Origin: Planctomycetota bacterium
GTDB lineage: Bacteria > Planctomycetota > GCA-002687715 > CAIWVZ01
Length of the DNA stretch: 64,000 nucleotides
Assembly: GCA_044222185.1 (NCBI GenBank)
Contig: JBGANV010000001.1
Coordinates: 1,856,001-1,920,000, forward strand
Direction: 5' to 3'
Shown here: piece after piece, positions 50,806 through 60,658 of the stretch
Numbering within the stretch: position 1 is the stretch's first letter
How the letters are laid out: each line of letters opens with the position of its first letter
Notes under the pieces: model-generated
What the model saw: the letters and a program-made list of their open reading frames with translations, nothing else
What the model was told of the DNA's origin: nothing
Databases searched by the model: none
Made by a program: the position numbers and the translations under genes

Positions 50806-51213
50806 TCAGGTGACGAAGACGACCAGGTAGCAACCAATGAGGAGGAGCGCCGCCACCACCGAGCTGACGACGAAGGCGAGGGGTACCGAATAATCCGTCG
50901 ATCGCCGCGGGAGCCGGGCCCTCACGAACTGGAACACGTGGGGGCCGATCCGGATCAAGTCGCCGGGCCTGAGGGCGATCTGTGAGACCGCCTGCTCATT
51001 GACGAAGGTGCCGCCCGCACTGGCCATGTCCACGAGTTTGTAGCCGCGACCCCAGGCCTGAAACCGCGCGTGCAGACGCGACACCGTGGAATCCTCGATG
51101 CGGATGTCCGCGCTGGGAGCGCGACCGACCTCAACGACCTGTCCTTCGAGAAGAGCGACGCGCGCCCCTTCAGGCGTGACGAGGGCAAACGGTTTCCGTC
51201 GAGGACGAGACAT
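50806..51213 (-). CDS. FHA domain protein with C-terminal TM helix
   Basis: VGR, VSRLHA, D..S..GTFVN and L.PGD.IRIG. Confidence 0.88.
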   Translation of the reverse strand: MSRPRRKPFALVTPEGARVALLEGQVVEVGRAPSADIRIEDSTVSRLHARFQAWGRGYKLVDMASAGGTFVNEQAVSQIALRPGDLIRIGPHVFQFVRARLPRRSTDYSVPLAFVVSSVVAALLLIGCYLVVFVT

Positions 51214-51347
51214 CGTTGGGCCGGTAAGCAAGCTGCGCGCCGTTGCCGCGGGGTCGTCCAGAGTTGGCAAACGGCCGGAAAAAGCCCGTGCGCGGTGTTT
51301 CTCGCGAGGTCGGCATCCGGCGCGTGTAAGGGCGGACTTACGCCGCG

Positions 51348-51905
51348 TTACGTGAGGTTCTCGACGACCGCGGTGGCCTGCAAGATCATGTGGTAGACGA
51401 GCAACCCGCCATAGAACCAGACGAGCACTCGGATTGCCGGTCGAACGAAGTTGAACGTCTTGTGGACCGCAAGGAACAGAAGGCAGACCGAGACCAGGAA
51501 CGACTTGGCGCCAACGAACCAATCGATTCCCGTCTCGAGGAGGTAGCGGGCGACCGGGTTCGCCTCCGACCCTCCGTACCCCAGGTAGAGCAGCGTCAGC
51601 CAGGCGTCCAGGATGTTCAGAACCAGGATCGCGATCACACCGGCCAGGTCGCGGGTTGCGTAGCGGTCGACGTAGATGTTCTGCCGTTCGCCGCTCCGGC
51701 GCCCGGCCATCCGGCCGCCCCCGATCAACGTGAACCAGGAAACGAGGGGGGTGGCTCGCAGACGGCGATCGCCGCCGCGCCGGCGCTCGACATACGGCCA
51801 GCTGCCGTAGGGCCCAAGCATCTGGGCCGCGTCGGACGGGCGGGACTCGGGGAACACCCGCCCCGGGTCCTGACCGTCAGCACCGTTCGTTTCTCCGAGC
51901 GTCAT
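51348..51905 (-). CDS. DUF5658-like membrane protein with Arg-rich N-terminus
   Basis: ERR...DRR, YVDRY, LNILDAWLT, G.EANP and four TM segments. Confidence 0.8.
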   Translation of the reverse strand: MTLGETNGADGQDPGRVFPESRPSDAAQMLGPYGSWPYVERRRGGDRRLRATPLVSWFTLIGGGRMAGRRSGERQNIYVDRYATRDLAGVIAILVLNILDAWLTLLYLGYGGSEANPVARYLLETGIDWFVGAKSFLVSVCLLFLAVHKTFNFVRPAIRVLVWFYGGLLVYHMILQATAVVENLT

Positions 51906-52049
51906 CCGTTCTTGTCCTCGTCCGGGTGTTCGGTCGATCTGAAGGTTGGTTTTCTCACCTGCGGGGTCGAAAACGTCCCCCCTCGAAGCCAGTATGTCGA
52001 CCAGGAGCCTGACGGTCCCAGAACCGACTCCCGGAGGAATTGGACACCG

Positions 52050-53036
52050 ATGAGCGAACAGCCCGCCGTCGTCATCGTGGATTTTGACCGCAAGCGCCTC
52101 GACCGCCACACCCAAGCCCTGGCCGCAGCCGGGTGGAAGGTGGTGAGAGCGTTGTCCGGCGCGACCGCGGTGACTCACTGCAAGAAGTCCAAGCCGCTCG
52201 CCGTCGTCGCCGAGACCATGATCCCAGATGGAAATGGCTTCGAGCTCGCGCGCGGGTTGAAGGCGGACCCGGCCACGTCGGCGATCCGAATCCTCCTCAC
52301 CATGGACGAGGGCGACGACTACACGCTCGGTCGTGCCCAGCGCGAGCCGGTCGATGGAATCATGATCCGCCCTTTCACCCCCGAGGCGCTCGTGGCGCGA
52401 GTCCGCGCGCTCCAGGCGGATCAGCCACTGACGACGCCAGGTCGTCCGGTAGCCGGCGACATGGCGCCGATCCTCGACGCGCTCGAGACGCGCGCGAAGG
52501 CCGAGAACCCGCTCCTCCCCCAGTTGACCGACCCCGTCACGGGACTGTGGAACGCGCACTACACGAAGCTGAAGCTCGCGGAGGAATTCAAGAAGGCCCG
52601 GCGTTTCAACGTCCCGCTGTCGTTGGCCGTGATGGCGATCGACGACCTCGGTGCCGATGGCGGTGACGACGACATCGCACGCCGCCAGCTGCTGAACGAG
52701 GTGGCAGGGCTCCTTCTTTGCGAGTCCAGAGACATCGATCACCTGGCCCGAGTCGACGACGAGTTCCTTCTCCTCCTGCCCCACACGGACGAGCACGGAG
52801 CCATGGCCATGGCCACGCGGGTCGTCGCGGCCGTCGAAAAACGCCAGCTCACGCCGGGTGCCCGTACGCGGCCGCTGACCGCGTCCATCGGCATCGCCGG
52901 ATTCGGACCTGACGGATTGAGCGGTCCCGATGACCTCGTGAGCCGCTCGCGCGATGCGCTCCAAAGAGCGCGCCGCTTCGGTGGAAACCGCGTGGAGACG
53001 TGGGCAAAAGACGCCGAGCGATCCGTTCGCGCCTGA
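52050..53036 (+). CDS. Atypical response regulator with degenerate GGDEF domain
   Basis: REC-like domain (phospho-Asp position is E, Lys position is R), DPVTGLWN, RxxD I-site (RDID) and active site ARVDDEF. Confidence 0.88.
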   Translation: MSEQPAVVIVDFDRKRLDRHTQALAAAGWKVVRALSGATAVTHCKKSKPLAVVAETMIPDGNGFELARGLKADPATSAIRILLTMDEGDDYTLGRAQREPVDGIMIRPFTPEALVARVRALQADQPLTTPGRPVAGDMAPILDALETRAKAENPLLPQLTDPVTGLWNAHYTKLKLAEEFKKARRFNVPLSLAVMAIDDLGADGGDDDIARRQLLNEVAGLLLCESRDIDHLARVDDEFLLLLPHTDEHGAMAMATRVVAAVEKRQLTPGARTRPLTASIGIAGFGPDGLSGPDDLVSRSRDALQRARRFGGNRVETWAKDAERSVRA

Positions 53037-53241
53037 CACTTTTCAGCGTTTTCTCGCGCCAATCACGGGCTGACCTTTTACAGCCCCGCCAGGCCTCCGT
53101 TGTTTACGGTGGGCATGTTTCCGGAGGGTCTCGCCGCGGCGACCGCGAGTGAGACTTCTGCGCGCGCTCGCGAAGCGGGTCTGGTTGGAACGAGCCGCCG
53201 CAGCACGCGCAGGTCACCGGGGACTGATTGGGAACCGAGAC

Positions 53242-53664
53242 ATGATGAACCTCAAACTCGCGCCGGCAGCGCTTGCGTTGACGATGGGCATCTTCGTGTC
53301 CGCGGGTGCGGACACCAGTTCGGACCACGCCGGCAAACTCGTCGTTCACAACAAATCGCGGATCTACCTGCCCGCGGCGTTCAACGAGACGCAGAGCTAC
53401 AAGAAACTGGCGATCGTGAACTCGCGAAAGGTGTTCGACACCACGGACGAGTACAAGGAGATCGCTCGCCGCAAGCTCTCGTCGAACACGGCCGAGTGGT
53501 GCCTGCTCGCAAAGGCCGCGTCGGACAAGTTCCGAGCCGCGGTGACGAAAGCCAGCCAGAGCGGCGGATACGATGTGGTCGCCGAAACGGGAGCCTTGAC
53601 GATTGAAGGTGAAACTCTCCCTGACATCACGTCCGATGTCATCGCTCAGCTCCCCAGTGAATGA
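53242..53664 (+). CDS. Secreted protein resembling a shortened OmpH/Skp chaperone
   Basis: Signal peptide; KLAIVNSRKVF...AV.K....GYDVV...DITSDVIAQL. Confidence 0.6.
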   Translation: MMNLKLAPAALALTMGIFVSAGADTSSDHAGKLVVHNKSRIYLPAAFNETQSYKKLAIVNSRKVFDTTDEYKEIARRKLSSNTAEWCLLAKAASDKFRAAVTKASQSGGYDVVAETGALTIEGETLPDITSDVIAQLPSE

Positions 53665-54949
53665 CGCTTCGATCCGCGGACGCGGCGTCACACTCCTGGG
53701 CGCCCTCACGCTCGCGGTGGCGTTCTCGAGCTGCGGTCGCGACGCTCAGCAGACCTACGACGCCATCTTCTCGGAGCCCGTCAAACTCAACTCGATCGAC
53801 CGACGTGAATTCCGACTGACGCAAGAGAGCGGTCGGTATCGGTACCCCGACGTCGACAACCCGGACGGAACGGTCACGCGCGTCCTCTGGCTCCAAAACG
53901 GCCAGAGCGCGGCGATCCTGGAGATGGCGAAGGGGCACCCGTCGCTCACGGCTCTGAAGCAGGCCACGCCGCGACCGAACTTCTTCACCGATCCGCTCGA
54001 CGGCAACAACAAGCCGACCAACGAAGGCCTCGTGCTCGTGGGCACGCGCGAGGCCGTCGAAGACGCGACGAAGCTGATCACGCACCTCCTCACGAGCCTG
54101 CCGTTGATCGAAATCGAGGCACGCATCGTCGAAGTCCGAGAGTCCGACGAGTTCGGGCTTGGTACGGACCTGTTCCTGCTCGATCGGAAGGACCACACCT
54201 ACGATCCCGCGCATCCCAACGCTCCCCTGAACCCGTCGACGTCGCTCCTCGATCGCGCTCGCACGACGCGAGGCCTGCCGGCCTTGCCTGGAAGCGGTGC
54301 GATTGCGCCCGGCGCCGCCCCCCTTCTCCTCGAGCTGGGCACGATCGAAGGGAACCTGCAGCTCGACTTCATGGTTCAGGCGCTGAAGATGTTCACGAAG
54401 ACGGACGTCCTCAGCGCGCCGCGCATCGCCGTACTGAACGGGTTCAAGGCCGAGTTCAACGCCGGCGAGGACGTGCCGATCCTCGAGCAGAACATCTTCG
54501 GAACCGTCGTCACCGTCAGCACGAAGTACCGGGACGTGGGAATCAAGCTCGTGGTGATCCCGTCACTCGTCTCGGCCGACACGATCCGGATGTCGGTGAA
54601 AACGTCCGTGCAGAACGTCACGGGAACCGTCGCCGTCTTCGCCGGGAGCACGTCCGTGCAGACGCCCGTGATCTCGCGCCGCGACGCCACGACGACGGTA
54701 GACGTCCACGATGGGGCAGCGGTCGTCATCGGAGGACTCTTCACCACGTCCAAGGCCGAGGCCCGGGACCGCGTCCCCGTACTGGGCGAGATCCCCATCC
54801 TGAACGTGTTGTTCTCCAGCACCCACACGGAGGACACCCGCACGAACCTCCTGTTCTTCATCCGCCCCCGGGTCATCTCCTCCGCAGGAGAGAGCGGAAC
54901 CGAGATCATCACACCGCCGCCTGAGACGCAGCCGAACGACGCGCGCTGA
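53657..54949 (+). CDS. Short secretin (GspD/PilQ-like) lipoprotein
   Basis: Lipobox FSSC; IEIEARIVEV, LSAPRI.VLNG..A, YRDVGIKL.V.P and VP.LGEIPIL..LF. Confidence 0.9.
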   Translation: MNDASIRGRGVTLLGALTLAVAFSSCGRDAQQTYDAIFSEPVKLNSIDRREFRLTQESGRYRYPDVDNPDGTVTRVLWLQNGQSAAILEMAKGHPSLTALKQATPRPNFFTDPLDGNNKPTNEGLVLVGTREAVEDATKLITHLLTSLPLIEIEARIVEVRESDEFGLGTDLFLLDRKDHTYDPAHPNAPLNPSTSLLDRARTTRGLPALPGSGAIAPGAAPLLLELGTIEGNLQLDFMVQALKMFTKTDVLSAPRIAVLNGFKAEFNAGEDVPILEQNIFGTVVTVSTKYRDVGIKLVVIPSLVSADTIRMSVKTSVQNVTGTVAVFAGSTSVQTPVISRRDATTTVDVHDGAAVVIGGLFTTSKAEARDRVPVLGEIPILNVLFSSTHTEDTRTNLLFFIRPRVISSAGESGTEIITPPPETQPNDAR

Positions 54950-55026
54950 CCCCGGGGAATACCTGCGGTATCCTGGTCGTCGTCCCAGGGGACGGAATTT
55001 CATCTCCGCCCCAAAGGCTCAAGCTG

Positions 55027-56274
55027 ATGAATCACGCGCTGCTCGCCGCGCGCCCCGGCCCTCGCCAGGGCGAGCGCGGCTCGATGATGCTGATGGCACT
55101 GATCGTGCTCACGCTGATGATCGTGCTCGTCTCCGACGTCAAGAACGTGGCTCGGATCGAATACGAGGCCAGCCTGAACGCGGCCAACGAGGTGAAGCTC
55201 ACGTACGCCCTGACGGGTGGCTACGAGATCGCCAAGGCCCACATCATTCAAGACAGCAAGGACACGGACATCGACAGCCTGTCCGACAGCTGGAATCAAC
55301 CGATCAAGCAGCAGTTCGCGCCCGATGCAAGCTCGAACGCGATCGGCGGCGTCAACAACGCCTACACGAGCTCGAAAGCGCCAGGCACCGTCGACGTCAC
55401 CATCGAGATCGAGGACGAGGACCGCAAATGGCCTCTCGGCTGGTTCGCACAGTCGGGGACGAACGATGCGGTGGTCAAGTTGCGCAAGCAGGGGCTGACG
55501 ACGGTCATCGACAGCTTTCGGGAGAACAACGGGCCGTACGACGTCGACTCCGCGACCGCGGAACGCATCGCCGACGCCATCGTCGCCTTCATGGGCCGCA
55601 AGCCGAACGAGAGTGACGGCGTAGTCCCGCGGCCGAACACGAAGTCCGACCTTCACATCCTGAACGTCGCGGATCTCGCGCTGATCAAGGAGGTCGACGA
55701 TCGGATCTTCTTCGACGAGGTCGACGACGAAGGCAACATCGTTCCCGGTCTCCTGCGGTACCTGACGATCAGCTCGGACCTCCAAGTGAACATCAACACG
55801 GCTCCGATCCCGGTCCTGCGCGGGATCTTCCGAAGCGAGGAAAAGGGCCGTGGGGACGACCTCTACAAGTACCGGACGGACGACCAGGACGAGAAGGCGA
55901 AGGACAAGAACGGCATCAGCGATCGTCTGCACAAGGACAAGCGCGGCACCGACAAGGAGGACGAGGACAGAACGGGTGGCGCGACGTTCCAGAAGGTGGA
56001 CGACGTGCAGAAGATCCCCACGTTCGCGGGGCGCGTGCTGGCTGAAGCGAAGCCCTTGATGACGGTGAACTCGAAATCGTTCTCGATCTGGGTCACGGCG
56101 CAGATCGGGAACATCCGACGCGTCAGGCACTGGATCGTGCGCCGCGAAGGTGCCCGGATCGTCCTCGTGCTTTCCGAGGGCATCGATCCGGACATTCGCC
56201 CGCGCTACCGCGAGCCGTCGGAAGAGGAGCTCCAACACGATCCCACGTTGAAGCGGGATCGCCACAAGCGCTGA
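55027..56274 (+). CDS. Type II secretion GspK-like minor pseudopilin
   Basis: Prepilin-like RQGERG|SMMLMALIVL, D.L.D.W, IEDED.K and VNINTAP.PVL. Confidence 0.85.
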   Translation: MNHALLAARPGPRQGERGSMMLMALIVLTLMIVLVSDVKNVARIEYEASLNAANEVKLTYALTGGYEIAKAHIIQDSKDTDIDSLSDSWNQPIKQQFAPDASSNAIGGVNNAYTSSKAPGTVDVTIEIEDEDRKWPLGWFAQSGTNDAVVKLRKQGLTTVIDSFRENNGPYDVDSATAERIADAIVAFMGRKPNESDGVVPRPNTKSDLHILNVADLALIKEVDDRIFFDEVDDEGNIVPGLLRYLTISSDLQVNINTAPIPVLRGIFRSEEKGRGDDLYKYRTDDQDEKAKDKNGISDRLHKDKRGTDKEDEDRTGGATFQKVDDVQKIPTFAGRVLAEAKPLMTVNSKSFSIWVTAQIGNIRRVRHWIVRREGARIVLVLSEGIDPDIRPRYREPSEEELQHDPTLKRDRHKR

Positions 56275-56277
56275 CGA

Positions 56278-57381
56278 TCAGCGCTCTCGGCGGCCGCGGG
56301 TCGGCGCGGACGACGACGGGCCGCGCGAAGGGCCGCGCGACGGCCCGCCCTCGGGTCGGCGCGATGGGCCTCGGCCGACGCCGCGTCCCGCATCTCGTCC
56401 CGGCCCGGCCGTGCGGCCGCCTCGCTGCGCCGCCGGTTTCCGAGGTCCGGACTTCCGCGGCACCCCATCGAAGTCGCGCCCGATCGGCTTCGGCACGTCT
56501 CGGGACGACCGCAGCGGTGCCCGCCCACGGCGATCGGGTGGTCCGCTGCCGCGGTCTGCACGGTCGGCCTTCGCCTTGCGCCCCCAATCGGATGCCCGCG
56601 CCGATGGCTTCGGCGCCGCCTTGCGCTCGATCGGCGTCCGGATGAACCCCGGCGGGCCGTCCATCAATTGCTTGACCTCGTCGGGCGTCAGCGGCCGGGC
56701 ATGAGCCTTCTTCAGCTTCTCGGTGCCGACGTCGCCGATCCGGATGAGCACCATGCGCTGAACCGGACATTCGAGCTTCGACCACAAGCGGCGGAGTTGG
56801 TGGTGCTGTCGCTCGACGAGCGTGCACTTGAGCGTCGTCACCTCGCGCCCTGCGCGGATGAGCTGCACTTCCATCGGTGCCGTTCGCCCGTCGACGAGCC
56901 ACACGCCTTCACGGGCCTTGGCGATCGTTTCCTGCGATACCGTTCCGCGCAACTTGAGGAAGTAGGTGCGCGCGAGCCCACGCTTCCGCTCGAGAAGCCG
57001 GTTCGCGAAGGTCCCGTCGTTCGTGAGGATGACCAGGCCCTCCGCGTCCTGGTCCAGGCGCCCGACGGAAAAAAGACGTCGGTGGCGATGCTCGGGGACG
57101 AGGTCGAACACCGTCTTTCGGCCGAACTGATCCGCCGTCGTACAGAGGTATCGCCGAGGTTTGTAGACGAGCAGGTGTACCGGCTGCTGGGGGCGGATCC
57201 GCTCGCCGTCGACGCGCACGTCCTGCGTCGCGGCGTCGACCTTCACGCCCATCTCGGAGACGATGCGCCCGTCTACGCTCACCCGCCCCTCGCGAATGAG
57301 ATCCTCGCACTTGCGGCGGCTTGCGATCCCCGCTTGCGCGAGCACTTTGTGCAGCCGTTCCTCTTGCGTGTTGTCGGTCAT
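56278..57381 (-). CDS. rluB: rRNA pseudouridine synthase (RluB-like) with Arg/Gly-rich tail
   Basis: S4 domain (ERLHKVLAQAGIASRRKCE) and VGRLD. Confidence 0.85.
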   Translation of the reverse strand: MTDNTQEERLHKVLAQAGIASRRKCEDLIREGRVSVDGRIVSEMGVKVDAATQDVRVDGERIRPQQPVHLLVYKPRRYLCTTADQFGRKTVFDLVPEHRHRRLFSVGRLDQDAEGLVILTNDGTFANRLLERKRGLARTYFLKLRGTVSQETIAKAREGVWLVDGRTAPMEVQLIRAGREVTTLKCTLVERQHHQLRRLWSKLECPVQRMVLIRIGDVGTEKLKKAHARPLTPDEVKQLMDGPPGFIRTPIERKAAPKPSARASDWGRKAKADRADRGSGPPDRRGRAPLRSSRDVPKPIGRDFDGVPRKSGPRKPAAQRGGRTAGPGRDAGRGVGRGPSRRPEGGPSRGPSRGPSSSAPTRGRRER

Positions 57382-57414
57382 CGTCGGTTCTTTTCGCAGT
57401 GATGGTTCGGCGAC

Positions 57415-58416
57415 TCAGCGACGCGGCCCCATGTGACGGGCGGGACGCGTCACGACGAGTTCGAGGCCATCGCCGTCGATCTCGATCATGGATGCGCCCC
57501 GGGGAACCACACAACTGAGGCCACGAACGAGCGGGACGGGCGATTCGCCCGGTGCGCCGAGGGTCCCCGCCCCTCCGACGCACGTGATGAGGAGCATGTC
57601 GCGGACGTGGATGATGGCGCGCTCCGTCGGTTGCCACCAGTCGACAAGGAAGTGCGGCGTCGACAACAGCGTCTTCATCCCCGCGGCACTCACCGGCGCG
57701 TCGCCCACGCGGATTCGAACGCCGTCCATCCCCGGACGGGCCACGGCCCGGGCTTTTTCCAGGTGAAGGACGCGTGGCTTGCCGTCGAGCCCCACGCGAC
57801 CCCAATCGAAGATCCGATAGGTCAGATCGCTCGGCTGTTGCACCTCGTAGAGGACCAACCCGCCGCCGGGTGCATGGACGACGCCCGGCGGAATCTCGAT
57901 TACGTCGCCCCGCTGGACGTCGTGCCTGCGGAGCATCGCCTCGATGGCCACGAGGTCGGCCGAAGCCGCAGCGGCGAAGAACTCGTCGACCGAGACTCCG
58001 TCGGCGAGGCCGGCGAACAGGTGCGCACCCGGCATCGCGTCCAGGATGACCCAGGCCTCGTGTTTGCCGAAGGCGTTCGGGCCTTCGAGGCGGCGCGCTT
58101 GTTCATCGCTCGGGTGCACCTGCACCGAGAGTCGCGAGGACGCCGCAAGGAGCTTGACGAGGAGCGGGAACTCGGCGCCGGGCTGGGCTTCGGGGCCGAG
58201 GAACCATCCTTCCGCCGCCGAGAATTCCTCGCGCAGGCTCGTCGGACTCCCCCGGGTGCCGCTCTCGCGCCCCGCGATGCACGAGATCTCCCAGGACTCG
58301 CCAAGCGAGACGTCCGGAGGTGCGAGCTTCCCGTACCGCTTCTGGAGATCGCGCCCCCCCCAGACGACGGGAGGCAGGAGCCACGGATCCATGGCGTAGA
58401 CGGTGCGGCGGGCCAT
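57415..58416 (-). CDS. manA: Class I mannose-6-phosphate isomerase
   Basis: VWGG, GESWE, FPLLVKLL, LSVQVHP, K.EAW and EVQQPSDLTYR. Confidence 0.9.
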   Translation of the reverse strand: MARRTVYAMDPWLLPPVVWGGRDLQKRYGKLAPPDVSLGESWEISCIAGRESGTRGSPTSLREEFSAAEGWFLGPEAQPGAEFPLLVKLLAASSRLSVQVHPSDEQARRLEGPNAFGKHEAWVILDAMPGAHLFAGLADGVSVDEFFAAAASADLVAIEAMLRRHDVQRGDVIEIPPGVVHAPGGGLVLYEVQQPSDLTYRIFDWGRVGLDGKPRVLHLEKARAVARPGMDGVRIRVGDAPVSAAGMKTLLSTPHFLVDWWQPTERAIIHVRDMLLITCVGGAGTLGAPGESPVPLVRGLSCVVPRGASMIEIDGDGLELVVTRPARHMGPRR

Positions 58417-60146
58417 CAGGCTCGCGCCTCACGCGCACCGCGCGGCTGGGCGGGTTTCGGCACGCGGCGCGCCTCGTCGAGAAGCTCTCGGGCTTGCGCG
58501 GCCGCGTGCGGGTGATCTCCGGACCCGGCCAGCATCTCGGCAAGCTCGCGCAACCGGCCGGCGTCATCCAACGGCTTGCAGCTGGTCACCGTCCGGGCGC
58601 CTTCGACGCGCTTGCGAACGAGCAGGTGCTGGTCGGCGAAGGCCGCAACCTGGGCGAGGTGCGTCACGACGACGACCTGATGGTGTCGTGAGAGGCCCCG
58701 TATCCGACGCCCGAACGCCGTTCCGATGCGTCCGCCCGTTCCGGAGTCGATCTCGTCGAAGACCAGCATGGGGACCCCGTGGTGATCGGCAAGTGCACCC
58801 TTCAGCGCCAGCAGGATGCGCGCCAGCTCGCCACCCGACGTCACGCTCTCCATCGGCAGCAGCGCCTCCCCCACGTTCATGGAGACGACGAACCGCGGCC
58901 GACCGAATCCGTGTGATTGAAGCGGGCGCGGCCCCTTGGATCCCGCATCTGGATCCGACAGGTCCGTGGCGAAGCGCGCATGCGGGAGGCGGAGGTCCTT
59001 CAGCGCCGCCGTCACTTCGTCGGCGAGCGTGACGGCGGCGGCTGCGCGACGTTCGTCCAACGTCGATGCAGCGGTGCGAAGCTCCTGTTCCATCGCGGCA
59101 TGCTCGCGCTTCAAGCCGTCGACAGAAAGGTCGCGATCCAGCGTCTGCCATTCGCCGCGCAGGCCTTCGAGGCGATCGATGAGGCCATCGCCGTGGGCCT
59201 GGTACTTCCTTCCGAGCCTGCGGATGTCGTCGAGCCGCTCGCCGATCGACTGGAACCGCGCCCCGTCCATTTCGAGCTGGTCGCGCAGCCGCGAACACGT
59301 GCGGGACAGGTCGTCCGCCTCGATACGGAACGACTCGAGTCGCGTGACGATCTCGCCGAGGCGCGCATCCAGCGTCGAAAACTCACCCAGGCGTCGGGCA
59401 GACTTCACGAGCCGGACCCCCATGGGAGCATCGCCGCCATCGATCGCCGCGGACACGTCGTCGAGCGTGCGCATCAACTCGGCGGCCTTCGACAGCAGTT
59501 TCCATTCGGTTTCGAGCGAGTCCGTCTCCCCGCGTTCGAGGTGGAGATCCTCGATCTCGCCGATCTGCTCCCGCAGCGAGTCGCGCCGCAGGTCGAGTTC
59601 CTGACGCCGGGCCTCGATCTCCTCGATCCTTCGCCCGAGCGCGACCCACTCGCGGTGCCGCACGGCGAAGGTCTCCACGTCGGCAGTGAGTCCTCCGAAC
59701 CGATCGAGCGCCCTCCGCTGCTCGTCGACGGAGAGGAGCGCCTGCTGATCGCGTTGACCGTGGACGTCGCAAAGCCGTTCACCCACCGCCTTGAGGACGC
59801 CGGCCGGGCACAAGTGCCCGTTGAGGTAGGCGCGCGTGCGCCCATCCGCGAGTATCACTCGGCGGATGCAAAGCTCATCCGTGTCTGGTTCGACGAGGTC
59901 GCTGACGGCCGCGAGTGAGCGCACGGTCTCGGGTTTGAGCGCAAGCCGCCCCTCGACCGACGCCTCCTCTGCACCGGCCCGCACGAGGCCCCGGTCTCCG
60001 CGTGCGCCCAGCAGGAGGAGGATCGCAGAGAGGATCAGCGACTTCCCCTCGCCGGTCTCGCCGCTGATGACGTTCAGCCCCGCCTGAAACGGGACCACCA
60101 GGTCGTCGATCAGGACGAAGTTGCGGATGTGGAGCTCTTCGAGCAT
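58416..60146 (-). CDS. recN: DNA repair protein RecN
   Basis: L.IRNF.LID, SGETGEGKS, SGGELARI.LA, FDEIDSG and VTHLAQVAA. Confidence 0.96.
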   Translation of the reverse strand: MLEELHIRNFVLIDDLVVPFQAGLNVISGETGEGKSLILSAILLLLGARGDRGLVRAGAEEASVEGRLALKPETVRSLAAVSDLVEPDTDELCIRRVILADGRTRAYLNGHLCPAGVLKAVGERLCDVHGQRDQQALLSVDEQRRALDRFGGLTADVETFAVRHREWVALGRRIEEIEARRQELDLRRDSLREQIGEIEDLHLERGETDSLETEWKLLSKAAELMRTLDDVSAAIDGGDAPMGVRLVKSARRLGEFSTLDARLGEIVTRLESFRIEADDLSRTCSRLRDQLEMDGARFQSIGERLDDIRRLGRKYQAHGDGLIDRLEGLRGEWQTLDRDLSVDGLKREHAAMEQELRTAASTLDERRAAAAVTLADEVTAALKDLRLPHARFATDLSDPDAGSKGPRPLQSHGFGRPRFVVSMNVGEALLPMESVTSGGELARILLALKGALADHHGVPMLVFDEIDSGTGGRIGTAFGRRIRGLSRHHQVVVVTHLAQVAAFADQHLLVRKRVEGARTVTSCKPLDDAGRLRELAEMLAGSGDHPHAAAQARELLDEARRVPKPAQPRGAREARA

Positions 60147-60147
60147 G

Positions 60148-60528
60148 TCACGTCACGCGCGTTCCGGGCAGGACGCCGCCGGCGACGCCGAGCGGGATCA
60201 CCTTCTCGGTGCCGCGGACGGCGAGGAGCATCCCCTGGCTCTCCACTCCACGGAGCAGCGCGGGTTCCAGGTTCGCGACGACGATGATGGTCCTGTCGAT
60301 GAGCTCTTCGCGCGGGCAATCCTTGCGGATTCCCGCGACGATCGTTCGCGGCGCAGGTTCACCGACGTCCACGGTCAACACCCACAGCCGATCGGCGTTC
60401 GGGTGTTCCTTCACGTCGAGGATCTTCGCTGCGCGGAGCTCGACGGACTTGAAATGATCGATCGTGATGCGGGCGGGCGCTTGCGGCGCGCCTTCCGGCA
60501 CGGGCGGCGGAGTTGGAGTCGAGGACAC
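60148..60528 (-). CDS. Stand-alone tRNA-binding protein (MetRS C-terminal/Trbp111-like)
   Basis: HPNADRL, RTIVAGI and VANLEPA.LRGVESQGMLLA. Confidence 0.9.
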   Translation of the reverse strand: MSSTPTPPPVPEGAPQAPARITIDHFKSVELRAAKILDVKEHPNADRLWVLTVDVGEPAPRTIVAGIRKDCPREELIDRTIIVVANLEPALLRGVESQGMLLAVRGTEKVIPLGVAGGVLPGTRVT

Positions 60529-60658
60529 GTGATTCCCCCGGTTGGGCCTGCGGGTGACGACGAGACAGAGCGTATCCGGCCCCCCTGGTCACTCAACGGC
60601 CGCACCGGGCTCGCCGCGCAGGAAGATCGCACGCTCGCGCGGGCGATCAGCGCTGGCG

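Noticed and set aside
51390-53039. Long overlapping ORFs 51390..53036 (+) and 51348..53039 (-) as single genes
   Set aside because: Each combines a real gene with the antisense of its divergent neighbour; true starts are 52050 and 51905
56290-56420. Short GC-rich tandem repeats
   Set aside because: Encode the low-complexity GPSR tail of the pseudouridine synthase
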